Shown piece after piece: positions 46,122-55,277 of a stretch of DNA of 55,277 bases; the stretch's first letter is position 1, and the number at the start of each line of letters is the position of its first letter. Both the position numbers and the translations under genes were made by a program. Source of the DNA: Candidatus Coprosoma sp. GTDB lineage: Bacteria; Bacillota_I; Bacilli_A; RF39; UBA660. The notes beneath the pieces were generated by a model. It did no database searches. It worked only from the letters and a program-made list of their open reading frames with translations, and was not told the DNA's origin. The stretch covers positions 1 through 55,277 of the forward strand of contig CAWVFK010000014.1 in NCBI GenBank assembly GCA_963928595.1. Reading direction: 5' to 3'.

Positions 46122-47291
46122 CTAAAGAAGATCTTCAAATTTATCTTCTTCAAAATTAGTGACTGTTTCAATATTATCAATAGCTTTTTCGATTAATGTT
46201 TGATAATCAAAGTTCTTTTCATATTCTAAACATTTGCTTAACTCTGGTTTGATAACTGGATGTTTAGGAACAAAGATGGTACAGCAATCTTCATATGGTA
46301 AAATGCTGGTATCATAAGTGTTTATTTTTTTGGCTATGTCGATAATTTCTAATTTATCAAAGCAAGCAACTGGTCTGATAATTGGCATGTTGGTAACATT
46401 ATTTATGCAGACCATACTGTCTAGTGTTTGACTAGCGACTTGGCCAATGCTTTCACCGTTAATTAATATTTTGGCACCAATTTTTTCCGCATAAAGTGCG
46501 GCGATCCGATACATCATTCGGCGCATAATGGTTATCATATAAGTGTCAGGGCAATTTTTAAAAATAGCTTCTTGAATTTCGGTAAATGGTACTACATGTA
46601 CTTTTACACGACCAGAATATTCATTGATAATACTGGCAAGTTTGATAACTTTGTTTTTGGCCTCTTCACTAGTATGAGGTGGTGATTCAAAATATAAACA
46701 TTCGACATTCACACCTCTTTTTAAAGTTAAATAACCGGCAACTGGGCTATCAATACCACCAGATAACATTAATAAACCTTTGCCCTGCACGCCAATTGGA
46801 TATCCACCGGCACCTTTGATCTCATCAGTATATACAAAAGTCCCTTCAGTTCTGATCTCGACAGTTAAAGTAATATCAGGATTATGAACATCAACTTTAA
46901 AATTAGAATTTTTTAAAATTAGTCCACCTAACTTTCGGCTATAATCCATTGAATGAATCGGATAACTTTTATCCGCACGTTTGGTGACAACTTTAAAAGT
47001 GTGTTTGTTTTTATCCATAATTTCTAAGGATTTATTTAAAACATCCTCAATGTTATTATTAACTTTATAGGCAATTACTATACCATGTATACCAAAGACT
47101 TTTTGTAAAATACTGGCAATTTTATGAGCATCATTACATTTAATAAACATTCGAACATTATCTTTAGTTATTTCCACAGCTTCATTTTTTAATACTTTTT
47201 CAACATTTTGAGTTAAAATGTTGATGAATATTTTTCGATTAGCTTTCTTTGTTGTTAACTCGCCATATTTAATCATGATTAACTCTTGCAT
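46122..47291 (-). CDS. thiI: tRNA 4-thiouridine(8) synthase ThiI (no rhodanese domain)
   Basis: KYGELTTK, THUMP domain, LSGGIDSPV, GESIGQVASQT, PYEDCC. Confidence 0.95.
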   Translation of the reverse strand: MQELIMIKYGELTTKKANRKIFINILTQNVEKVLKNEAVEITKDNVRMFIKCNDAHKIASILQKVFGIHGIVIAYKVNNNIEDVLNKSLEIMDKNKHTFKVVTKRADKSYPIHSMDYSRKLGGLILKNSNFKVDVHNPDITLTVEIRTEGTFVYTDEIKGAGGYPIGVQGKGLLMLSGGIDSPVAGYLTLKRGVNVECLYFESPPHTSEEAKNKVIKLASIINEYSGRVKVHVVPFTEIQEAIFKNCPDTYMITIMRRMMYRIAALYAEKIGAKILINGESIGQVASQTLDSMVCINNVTNMPIIRPVACFDKLEIIDIAKKINTYDTSILPYEDCCTIFVPKHPVIKPELSKCLEYEKNFDYQTLIEKAIDNIETVTNFEEDKFEDLL

Positions 47292-47378
47292 ACAAAAACC
47301 TCACCACCTTTGTAATTATACTATTATTTTGATTTTTTTAAAAGAAAAAGAGAGTTCAATTTTGAACTTTCTTTTGAT

Positions 47379-49118
47379 TTATTCACTCATTCTTTCTTTT
47401 CCACCATATAATTTTAAAAGTTTATCATAAATTCCTGGTTCAATTTTATTTAAAGAATTAATGGTTAGTTCTAAAGATTTTTTATATTCACCTTTAACAA
47501 ATAACATTTCTGAATAAGTTAAGTTACGATCTAAATCTTTTTCAGATGAACGATATCTATTACCATAGACAATCGCCATTTCAGCAAACATCGCCGTTTT
47601 CATCATTTCTTTAGTTTTGCCATATAGTTTTAAAGCAAGATCGCGAGCGGTATCTACTCTCGTATTTAATGTTTCAATGGTAATTGGCTTTTTTTCTAAT
47701 TCTTTAACTATTTCGTTCATAGCTTCTTTGGCTTCTCTTAATTCGACGAAATAGCGATTAGGAATAACTGGTAAGTTAAATGATCTAATTTGTTTTTGAG
47801 AATTTTTAAGTAGATCTTCAACCTCAGCAAGTTGTTGACGAGCACGCATTTCATCATCGTGCATATTACCAATAACATTTAAGGTATTATCTAATTTATT
47901 TTCAATGTTAGATAATCTGATAACTAAACTTTCGATTTCTTCTGTTAATTTAGAATAGGCAAAACTATGATTACTTGTATGAGTGATTAAAGTATTATAA
48001 TCTTCATTTAATTTATCTAAGTCGTTTTTAACTTCATATAAATCTTTAATATCTTCTTCTGATAAACTATATAATTTTTTTAAGTCATCCATTTGTTCAA
48101 AAATATCTTTAACTAAGGTATTTATTTTCTTTAGTTTGGTCTGTAATGTTTTACTTGCTTCATCATAATCTGATTTAATAACTTTTTCTTTTTCAAAGTC
48201 GGTAAATAGATTTTCAAAATACTCAGTTAAAACTTTTAAATCAAACAAGCTATCTTCTAAGTTTAACACTTTGGCTCTATCTAAAATATCGGCAATTTTC
48301 TTTTTGGCTTCATCAATATTGTATTCAACATTTAGATAGTCTAAAGGATAACCAGCGGCAACCATTTTTTGATATATGGCATTTATTTCTTCCATTTTTT
48401 TAGGTAAAATACTATCGGCAATTAAAACAATTGATGGAAGCTCTTCAATAACGACTTCTATATGTTTTAAAAGTTCATCAATAGCTTTTAAAATATTTGG
48501 AACTTCAGTATATTCGTTATTTTCCATTAAAGTTTCGAAGTCTTCAAATCTTTTACTAATGGTTTCGAATTGCATAGCAACAACATCGGCAAATTCACCA
48601 AATTCATTTCTAGTTTCTTCGAATTTTTCGTATAACTCACGATATTTGGCTTTTAATTTGGTGATGCTGGCGCGATTACGTTCTTCACTATTGGTAATAT
48701 CTTTAATTTCATTTAATAAGAAAGCAGAAGAAGCTCTGACTTTATAAATTTCCATTTCTAGTTTGGCTATTTTATACATGGTACTTTTATAGTCTGTTTG
48801 GGATAGTGAATATTCAGCTTCAATCAGCATATCAGTAATTTTAGGAATTTGAATATCTTTAATTTCGTGTAGTCTTTCTTTCCAATTGTTATATAAAACT
48901 TCTAGTTTTTCATTTCCAACATAACTTTCGACTTTAGCAAGTTCAGGTCCAACTGGTGAAGTGTCAAGTCGATTTTTTTGATAGTCTAAATCTTCAATTA
49001 ACTTTTTATATTTTTTCTTTTTACGACTCTTTAACACTCCCAAAATGATAAGGACAATAACTAACGTAGTACCTATAGCGGCGGCAATCATTATTGCAAT
49101 GTTATCCATGTATATCAC
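47379..49118 (-). CDS. ezrA: Septation ring formation regulator EzrA
   Basis: N-terminal TM, long coiled-coil repeats, YGNRY motif near the C-terminus. Confidence 0.9.
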   Translation of the reverse strand: MIYMDNIAIMIAAAIGTTLVIVLIILGVLKSRKKKKYKKLIEDLDYQKNRLDTSPVGPELAKVESYVGNEKLEVLYNNWKERLHEIKDIQIPKITDMLIEAEYSLSQTDYKSTMYKIAKLEMEIYKVRASSAFLLNEIKDITNSEERNRASITKLKAKYRELYEKFEETRNEFGEFADVVAMQFETISKRFEDFETLMENNEYTEVPNILKAIDELLKHIEVVIEELPSIVLIADSILPKKMEEINAIYQKMVAAGYPLDYLNVEYNIDEAKKKIADILDRAKVLNLEDSLFDLKVLTEYFENLFTDFEKEKVIKSDYDEASKTLQTKLKKINTLVKDIFEQMDDLKKLYSLSEEDIKDLYEVKNDLDKLNEDYNTLITHTSNHSFAYSKLTEEIESLVIRLSNIENKLDNTLNVIGNMHDDEMRARQQLAEVEDLLKNSQKQIRSFNLPVIPNRYFVELREAKEAMNEIVKELEKKPITIETLNTRVDTARDLALKLYGKTKEMMKTAMFAEMAIVYGNRYRSSEKDLDRNLTYSEMLFVKGEYKKSLELTINSLNKIEPGIYDKLLKLYGGKERMSE

Positions 49119-49238
49119 CCTAGTATAATTTTACCATATTTTTTTAATATTTTGTCAAAAAATGTCTAGTTTTAGTAAATTAGTTTTTTTATAGGGTTTA
49201 ACTTATTTAAAAAGTATTGAAAATTTTCTTTCAATACT

Positions 49239-49727
49239 TTATTCATTTACTTCAATTTTATCTAATAGTTTAGTGACAATATCTTTAGCGGTGTCATCAC
49301 CATTTGCTTTAATATTTTCTAGAAAATCATGAGAATTTTTACTCTGAGGAAGCATATAACCGGCTTCTCTTAAAATATCTTCGATCATTACTTTATTGGA
49401 ATGAATTAAAGCTTTTAAAATTCTATCATCTTCTTGATTATCTTTTAAAAGATGCTTTAACATTTTTATTTCATCTATTTTACTATTAACTATTTTAAAT
49501 AATTCGTAGACCACTTTTGGATCTTTAGCCTTTTGTGGTGGCATTTTATTTGGGATCATGGTGATAGCTCTAGCTGGACAAGCCGCTGCACACGCACCAC
49601 AACCAATACATTTTTCAAAATCAATTTGCCCTGTCTCATTGTCAGTAGCACCAGTTGGGCAGACAAATAAGCATAAACAATCTTTAGAACACAATTTTAA
49701 ATTACGATATGCATGACTTTTTTCCAT
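49239..49727 (-). CDS. 4Fe-4S ferredoxin-domain protein with helical C-terminal extension
   Basis: CSKDCLCLFVCP and CIGCGACAAACP Cys clusters. Confidence 0.85.
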   Translation of the reverse strand: MEKSHAYRNLKLCSKDCLCLFVCPTGATDNETGQIDFEKCIGCGACAAACPARAITMIPNKMPPQKAKDPKVVYELFKIVNSKIDEIKMLKHLLKDNQEDDRILKALIHSNKVMIEDILREAGYMLPQSKNSHDFLENIKANGDDTAKDIVTKLLDKIEVNE

Positions 49728-49728
49728 A

Positions 49729-50349
49729 CTACTTTACCTCCAATATTTTAAAACTTGGAACTTTACAGATTGGGCATACTGTTGGTGGGACATCGCCAAC
49801 ATAGATAAATCCACAAATGTCACAAACCCAAATTTTAGTATTTTTAAGATAATCTAAACCTTTTTCTTTATAATTATTTAAAATAACATTCATCATATTA
49901 GTGGCTTTGGAGCTCCAGTTGATAACTCTTTTAGCTCCTCTATCTTGATATTTATCAGCTATGTCCATTGCATGTTTAAACTCTTTAATATCTTCGTTTA
50001 TTTTATTTTGAACATTTTCTAAAGTACCTTCCTTCAAATCTTCTTTACTGGAATAGTGCTCGGCTAATTCGGTAAATAGTTTTTGTTCTTCTTCTAGATA
50101 TTCTTTTTCACAAGCTTTAGCTAAATTAGAACAAATATAAGAAATTTCTGAATTAGATAATTCAGTCAGATTATCTTCTTCATCTGATTCAGCTGGTTTT
50201 TCTTCTTTTTCTTCTTCAATTTCTTTGAAAACACTTTTTGGCGCACCGCAAATTGGACAAGTCCAATCATCAGGTAAATCTTCAAATTTTACACTTTCTT
50301 TGGCATCAGCATAAATATAGCCACATATTGTACATTCATATTTTTTCAT
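49729..50349 (-). CDS. Double-rubredoxin protein with a degenerate rubrerythrin-like helical core
   Basis: CTICGYIY...CPICG N-terminal and CDICGFIY...CPICK C-terminal; start at ATG 50349. Confidence 0.8.
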   Translation of the reverse strand: MKKYECTICGYIYADAKESVKFEDLPDDWTCPICGAPKSVFKEIEEEKEEKPAESDEEDNLTELSNSEISYICSNLAKACEKEYLEEEQKLFTELAEHYSSKEDLKEGTLENVQNKINEDIKEFKHAMDIADKYQDRGAKRVINWSSKATNMMNVILNNYKEKGLDYLKNTKIWVCDICGFIYVGDVPPTVCPICKVPSFKILEVK

Positions 50350-50365
50350 TTTTTTCTTCTCCTTA

Positions 50366-51634
50366 CTACTCTTTAAATTCAAATTCATAATCCATTATTC
50401 TAATAGGATCACCATCTTGAGCACCTAACTGTCTAAGTTCATCATCAATACCCATTTTTCTGAGTTTATTAGAAAAACGTAAAACCGCTTCATCAGTATC
50501 TAACCTACTCATAATTAAAAGTTTCTCAATACCTTTACCACTTATTACCCATGTATCATTATCTTTAGTTATTTTGTAAGGTTTTTCTTCTTTAAATTTA
50601 TAGATAACATGACTTTCAAATTTCTCAGCTTTATATAATTGTGATTTAGGTATTTCATCTAACATATCAGCTAGTTTTAATAAGATTTTATTAATTCCTT
50701 CGCCATTAATAGCAGACATTTCATAGACTTCTGTATCAACTTTTTCCTTGAATTTTTTTATATTTTCCTTGGAATCTGGCATATCCATTTTATTAGCAAT
50801 TACAATTTGTGGTTTTTTAATTAATGATTCATCAAAGTTTTCTAGCTCTTTATTGATTGTGACATAATCTTTATATGGATCATTGGTATAACCACTCATA
50901 TCGATGATGTGGGCAATTACTCTAGTTCTTTCAATATGCTTTAAAAATTTATCTCCAAGGCCATGGCCTAAAGAAGCTCCTTCAATAAGCCCCGGAAGAT
51001 CAGCAACGACGAAACTACGATTATCAGATGTTTTAACTACTCCTAAATTAGGTTTTAGAGTTGTGAATGGATAATCAGCGATTTTAGGTTTAGATGCAGA
51101 TATTTTAGATATGAATGTTGATTTTCCAACACTTGGCATACCAACTAAACCAACATCAGCCATCAATTTTAATTCGATTTTAACTTTTACTCTTTCACCA
51201 GGCTCGCCATTTTCGGCATAGTGTGGTGCGGGATTAGACTGTGTAGCAAAGGCCATGTTACCACGTCCACCTCTACCACCTTTAGCAATAACTACTTCTT
51301 CATTGTTTTCGGTTAGGTCAGCGATAACTAAGCCAGTATCAAAGTCAGTGACAACGGTTCCAGCTGGAACTGGGATTATAATATTTTCAGCATTTTTTCC
51401 GTGCATACCCTTTCCCATACCATTTTCACCTTTATAACCTTTAATTATTTTTTTATATTTAAAATCAACTAAGGTATTTAATCCAGAATCGACTTTAAAA
51501 ATAATGTCTGAACCTTTACCACCATTGCCACCGAATGGTCCACCCATAGCGACATATTTTTCTCTTCTAAAAGCTAAACAACCATTACCGCCACTACCAG
51601 CAATGAGTTCAACTACTGCTTCATCAATAAACAT
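50366..51634 (-). CDS. obgE: GTPase Obg/CgtA
   Basis: Gly-rich Obg fold, [24 protein letters not shown]-terminal OCT domain. Confidence 0.97.
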   Translation of the reverse strand: MFIDEAVVELIAGSGGNGCLAFRREKYVAMGGPFGGNGGKGSDIIFKVDSGLNTLVDFKYKKIIKGYKGENGMGKGMHGKNAENIIIPVPAGTVVTDFDTGLVIADLTENNEEVVIAKGGRGGRGNMAFATQSNPAPHYAENGEPGERVKVKIELKLMADVGLVGMPSVGKSTFISKISASKPKIADYPFTTLKPNLGVVKTSDNRSFVVADLPGLIEGASLGHGLGDKFLKHIERTRVIAHIIDMSGYTNDPYKDYVTINKELENFDESLIKKPQIVIANKMDMPDSKENIKKFKEKVDTEVYEMSAINGEGINKILLKLADMLDEIPKSQLYKAEKFESHVIYKFKEEKPYKITKDNDTWVISGKGIEKLLIMSRLDTDEAVLRFSNKLRKMGIDDELRQLGAQDGDPIRIMDYEFEFKE

Positions 51635-51701
51635 ATTATCACCTGTTTCTTAAGTATATTATACATGATTAAACTTTTTATAACAAGAAAAAAGGATTAT
51701 T

Positions 51702-52169
51702 TTAATAATCCCAATGAATTGTAGCATTCGTAGCACCCCAAGGGCTTTCTATTATTTGATCGCTGGTAGCTTTTATATAGAAAACGATCTGATCATTTCC
51801 AGTAAAGGCATTTGTAGCTATTTCAGTTATGTTTGATTTAATGGTAATATTAATTAGGTTTTTATTACTAAAAGCATTAGCGCCAATGGCATCGACAGTT
51901 CGACCATTTAAAGCTTCAGGGATAAAAACTGTTTTATCACAGCTAGCATTATAACCAGTAATTGTTAAATTACCACGAGAATTAGAGGCAGTTGTGAAGC
52001 AAGTTGGATTAGTAGTTAAATTTTGAACATCATCTAAGGCACTTTCTTTAATTTTATCGTTAGCTAATTTTCTATTACCTAAAATAGATACAGTTCCTAA
52101 AACTAATAGTAAAAATAAAGATAAAATTCCGTATAATAAAGCTGATGTGATAAATCCTTTTTTGTTCAT
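51702..52169 (-). CDS. Minor-pilin-like (ComGG-type N-terminus) protein with a BspA-like LRR fragment
   Basis: KKG|FITSALL class III-like signal without Glu5; TVFIP...IGANAF...ITIKSNITEIATNAF repeats. Confidence 0.6.
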   Translation of the reverse strand: MNKKGFITSALLYGILSLFLLLVLGTVSILGNRKLANDKIKESALDDVQNLTTNPTCFTTASNSRGNLTITGYNASCDKTVFIPEALNGRTVDAIGANAFSNKNLINITIKSNITEIATNAFTGNDQIVFYIKATSDQIIESPWGATNATIHWDY

Positions 52170-52285
52170 TTTGCCATCCCCTATTCTGTTTAAATTATAC
52201 CTTATTTATTATTTTTATACAAGAGTTTTAGGTTTATATCATATTCTTTTGCATATATAGTGAATAAAATATGACAGGTGATATT

Positions 52286-52459
52286 ATGCGAAATTTTTGG
52301 TGTGGTCGTGGCAAGTGGTCAATTATCTGTTTAATTTGTATGATTATTTTATTTTATCAAATTTTAATTACAATTTTTGTAGTGACAAGATTTAATGTGT
52401 TTTTATTATTTATATTTATGCTTTTATTGTTTTGCTCTATCTTCAGACTTTTTTGGTGA
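52286..52459 (+). CDS. Small two-helix membrane protein
   Basis: AGGTGA RBS before ATG 52286; two hydrophobic stretches; overlaps the ysxE 3' end convergently. Confidence 0.5.
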   Translation: MRNFWCGRGKWSIICLICMIILFYQILITIFVVTRFNVFLLFIFMLLLFCSIFRLFW

Positions 52460-53317
52460 TACTAACATTTCTGTCTTATATATTTTGTCAACAATTTTAC
52501 TTATAGTTTGGCAATTTTTATATTCCGCATTATTAAAATTAATGAGATCAGGCTGGGATATTAAAATAAATAGTAATTCTTTTTCATCTCTCATTAAAGG
52601 ATAATGCCTTTCATATTCGTTTAGGAGTGTTTCAAAATCAAAGTCCAAAGCATGATTTTGGTATAATTTATAAAGGTCAAAAACTGGACTACCAACTTTA
52701 GATTTATCCCAACTTATTAAATATGACGAATCAGCTTCTAAAAAATGTTCTAATTTTAAATTATTGTGAAGAACAACCCTACGTTCTTTTCTTTTTTCTT
52801 TGATGTGGTTGTGCCACCGATCTAATCTTTTTTTATTTTCACTAATGGTATCATATATTTTGGTAATATTTCTAGCTAAAAGTTGCTCGCTCGGACTCAT
52901 ATAGACTTTTGTTTCAATTAGAGTGATTAGGTCGGTGTAATAAATATAAAGGTAATTTAAATTATTATCCAAATCATCATATATTTTTTCATAATAATCC
53001 AAATCTATTTCTTTATAATGTGTGGTTTTACTGTGTAAAAGAGCGACTAATCTGACTAAGTCTAAGATTTTTTGCTCTTTAGGTATATCTAAATCGGCAA
53101 TATAGTTTGTTAACTGATACGGTTCATTTTCACTATTTAAAAAAGAGGGCATATAATCAAAGTTGCGTGATTTTAAATAGTTTAAAATTTGCGGATTTAA
53201 TCTTCCCTCTTTATAGATATATCTACCATCTGTTGTATCAATTATAGTAACCTTACCTTGTTTATGATACCCTCTTGCTTTTAAACCTTTGCTTTTTAAA
53301 ACTTGGTTAATCTTCAT
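52424..53317 (-). CDS. ysxE: Spore coat protein YsxE-like (CotS kinase-like fold)
   Basis: DLVRLVALLHSKTTHY, LHNNLKLEHFL...LISWDKS; directly follows spoVID. Confidence 0.8.
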   Translation of the reverse strand: MKINQVLKSKGLKARGYHKQGKVTIIDTTDGRYIYKEGRLNPQILNYLKSRNFDYMPSFLNSENEPYQLTNYIADLDIPKEQKILDLVRLVALLHSKTTHYKEIDLDYYEKIYDDLDNNLNYLYIYYTDLITLIETKVYMSPSEQLLARNITKIYDTISENKKRLDRWHNHIKEKRKERRVVLHNNLKLEHFLEADSSYLISWDKSKVGSPVFDLYKLYQNHALDFDFETLLNEYERHYPLMRDEKELLFILISQPDLINFNNAEYKNCQTISKIVDKIYKTEMLVSPKKSEDRAKQ

Positions 53318-53975
53318 GGGATGGAATAATCAATTTATCACCAATTTTTAGTTCAGATAGATCATTATAAGCTTCTAATTCATCTCTAGTTATGCCGTAT
53401 TCACTAATGATAGATTCAGTAGTATCATTTTCAGTTACAATATGAACTTTATAAACGGCATATCTTTCATTTTCATCTAAACCTTCAAAAATAGATTTAA
53501 CGGTATTATCTTCTTCACGATTAACTTCTTCTGAATTTTCTTCAACTGTACTGACAGTTTGAGTATCTTCTGCTTTATCTACCTCTTCTCTATCTTCTAA
53601 GGTTTCTATTTTTTCTTCAGTCATACGTATTTCCTCCTCTTCTTCTGGCTTTTCTTCTAACCCATCTAAGACTACTTCGATACTAATAGATAATATTTCA
53701 TTGTTGATCACTTCATAATAAAAGTCATTTATGTCGACATCGATATTTTTGGTGTCGTATTTTTTATCAATACTAATATCGAATGGTAATTTGTATTCAA
53801 ACGGATCAACATTTAAACTTGCTTCTGTCATCTTATAAGTTCCACTAATGATAAACTCCCCTGATACTAAATTCTCTTCTTTTAGCTTTAAAGTGTGCTC
53901 AAGTGAAATACTACTTATTTCGGCAATATTACTATCAAACTCAATATCTTTTTTGAATGGTACTATTTTTTTCAT
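53307..53975 (-). CDS. spoVID: Stage VI sporulation protein D-like coat morphogenetic protein
   Basis: N-terminal EISSISLE...GEFIISGTY...LPFDISI domain, acidic linker, C-terminal LysM (HIVTENDT...LKIGDKLIIP); start at ATG 53975 behind AGGAGG. Confidence 0.82.
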   Translation of the reverse strand: MKKIVPFKKDIEFDSNIAEISSISLEHTLKLKEENLVSGEFIISGTYKMTEASLNVDPFEYKLPFDISIDKKYDTKNIDVDINDFYYEVINNEILSISIEVVLDGLEEKPEEEEEIRMTEEKIETLEDREEVDKAEDTQTVSTVEENSEEVNREEDNTVKSIFEGLDENERYAVYKVHIVTENDTTESIISEYGITRDELEAYNDLSELKIGDKLIIPSHED

Positions 53976-53993
53976 GGTATCTCCTCCTAGATA

Positions 53994-54021
53994 AATATAT
54001 GTCAATATTTAAATTTTAGAA
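53994..54021 (-). promoter_or_regulatory. Putative sigma-E promoter of spoVID-ysxE
   Basis: TTCTAAA-13-CATATATT resembles the sigma-E consensus. Confidence 0.5.
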
Positions 54022-54606
54022 TAAATTTTCATAAATCTGACTAGCATGATCAAAATTAGCTTTGTCCCAAATATTTTCAATATAGGTATTCCGATTGTTA
54101 CGATATTTTAAGTAATAAGCGTGCTCCCAAAGGTCAATTGTAAACAGTGGGGTTAAATCATATGATAATGGAGTTTCTTGATTTGGTAAGTTCATAATAG
54201 TAAGATTTCCATTATTATCAGTAACTAAAAACGTATATCCAGATCCAACTAAGTTTTTAGATTTGTTTATAAAAATATTTTTAAAATTTTCAAAACTACC
54301 ATAGTCATTATTTATCTTGTTTAATAATTTACCTCTAGGCAAAGAAGAATTTTGGCTTAGACTTTGCCAGTACAAATTATGGTTTAAAATTCCACCAGCA
54401 TTATATAAGATTTGACCTCTATCTTTTAAGGGAAATTCATCAATCCTTTTAGGAATTTGTTCAAGTGGAATATTTGAATTTGTAAGATTATTTAAATTTT
54501 CAGCATATTTTTTATGATGTTTATTATAATGGATATTTACGGTTTCTTCATCAATTGTGGGTTCTAAAGCACTATAGGAATATGGCAAGGGTATGACTTT
54601 ATACAT
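54016..54606 (-). CDS. sodA: Fe/Mn superoxide dismutase (Mn/cambialistic-like GG signature)
   Basis: HYNKHH, NAGGILNH and DLWEHAYY metal-ligand motifs. Confidence 0.92.
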   Translation of the reverse strand: MYKVIPLPYSYSALEPTIDEETVNIHYNKHHKKYAENLNNLTNSNIPLEQIPKRIDEFPLKDRGQILYNAGGILNHNLYWQSLSQNSSLPRGKLLNKINNDYGSFENFKNIFINKSKNLVGSGYTFLVTDNNGNLTIMNLPNQETPLSYDLTPLFTIDLWEHAYYLKYRNNRNTYIENIWDKANFDHASQIYENLF

Positions 54607-54775
54607 TTTTATCGCCTCCTATTAATTATATTAATATAGGTATTAAAAAAGAAGATAAGTTTAACATTATCAATTTTTTTACTTGAGTTTTTATTTGATC
54701 TCATTGAAGATTGGAATTGCTATTAATTATTTAACTAGAAGACCTGAAAAAAGTAAGATTAGTTAATGTTTAATC

Positions 54776-55276
54776 TTACTTTTCATTTTCAATCAATAAT
54801 CTGACTTCATCTTCAGTTAGACCGGTAATTTCCGAAATATCTTTTATACTCATTTTCTTTTTAAGCATATTTTTCGCTATTTCTATTGTTTTTTCCTTAG
54901 TTCCGATATTTTTTCCTTTTTCAATTCCTTCTTTTTTCGCATCTTCTATCTCGTTATACTTTACTAAAGCATCAAACTTATCTTTTTGCCATTCATGTAA
55001 TATAAATCCATCTTTACTCATACTTATCGCCGCCTCCATTAACTTTTTTACTTTCTCTTTCGAAAGTATATGCCTTGAAAGCTCATATAACTCTGTAAAT
55101 GTCCTAGAAGTTAATATCGTAAGCCATATGACATCCTTCTCTTTATTACTTTTATTATAGTATAAATCCCTATATCGTTCAAGACTCTTGACTACCATAC
55201 ATTCATCACTTGAATATATATGGTGAGTCTTTAATCCATATAAAACAATTATATCGTCTAAGATTTTTTCATATGG
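54776..55276 (-). CDS. Rpn family (PD-(D/E)XK nuclease / putative transposase) gene, 3' part, cut by the window edge
   Basis: The frame stays open to the window end (PYEKILDDIIVLYGLK...); C-terminus EGIEKG...IEIAKNMLKKKMSIKDISEITGLT is typical of Rpn proteins. Confidence 0.75.
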   Translation of the reverse strand, partial: PYEKILDDIIVLYGLKTHHIYSSDECMVVKSLERYRDLYYNKSNKEKDVIWLTILTSRTFTELYELSRHILSKEKVKKLMEAAISMSKDGFILHEWQKDKFDALVKYNEIEDAKKEGIEKGKNIGTKEKTIEIAKNMLKKKMSIKDISEITGLTEDEVRLLIENEK

Positions 55277-55277
55277 A

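Noticed and set aside
4626-52604. Many short opposite-strand or overlapping ORFs in the track (e.g. 4626..4970, 10569..10982, 17252..17452, 27013..27303, 41133..41384, 48376..48747, 52395..52604)
   Set aside because: They are shadows of well-supported genes, with no RBS and no recognisable motifs
55198-55277. Treating the 140-aa Rpn ORF as a complete gene or a pseudogene
   Set aside because: The frame is open to the window edge, so it is simply truncated by the window
1-55277. tRNA, rRNA, tmRNA, SRP RNA, prophage or sortase/LPxTG features
   Set aside because: None recognised by eye; covariance-model scans would be needed to exclude divergent RNAs

Overview
AT-rich chromosomal segment of a monoderm, endospore-forming member of Bacilli. 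Several gene pairs keep the Bacillus order (rpsU-yqeY, ylbD-ylbE-rsmD, ezrA-thiI-ssp, spoVID-ysxE) but usual neighbours are missing. A reduced-genome gut lineage such as RF39 is my inference, not something I checked. Most genes lie on the minus strand. Housekeeping genes include rpsU, rpmB, argS with an Arg T-box, dnaE, gap, pgk, tpiA, clpP, obg, dusB, thiI, ezrA, recX and prsA. Envelope genes include an LTA synthase and a glycolipid GT4/flippase pair. A sporulation set (spo0A, spoVID, ysxE, ylbDE, sspI, an alpha/beta SASP, two unannotated SscA/YjcZ-like peptides) has sigma-specific promoter matches. There is one decayed IS3-family element, and an Rpn-family gene is cut by the right edge. The best candidate for an undescribed system is at 14.6-19.6 kb: a SipW-type signal peptidase fused to a large membrane domain, a DUF5305-like membrane protein and four tandem TasA/CalY-like secreted paralogs, with two more paralogs dispersed. 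The tandem copies have near-identical 5' cassettes, variable bodies, their own promoters and a shared leader hairpin. This looks like a sortase-independent, variable fibre system. Also notable: a C39 peptide exporter that needs a non-AUG start and has two unannotated double-glycine peptides; a ClpX-like ATPase lacking the IGF loop but ending in VGF; a degenerate GGDEF sensor; five scattered type IV pilin-like genes; and a structured intergenic RNA candidate. All family assignments come from motif recognition by eye; no database searches were run.
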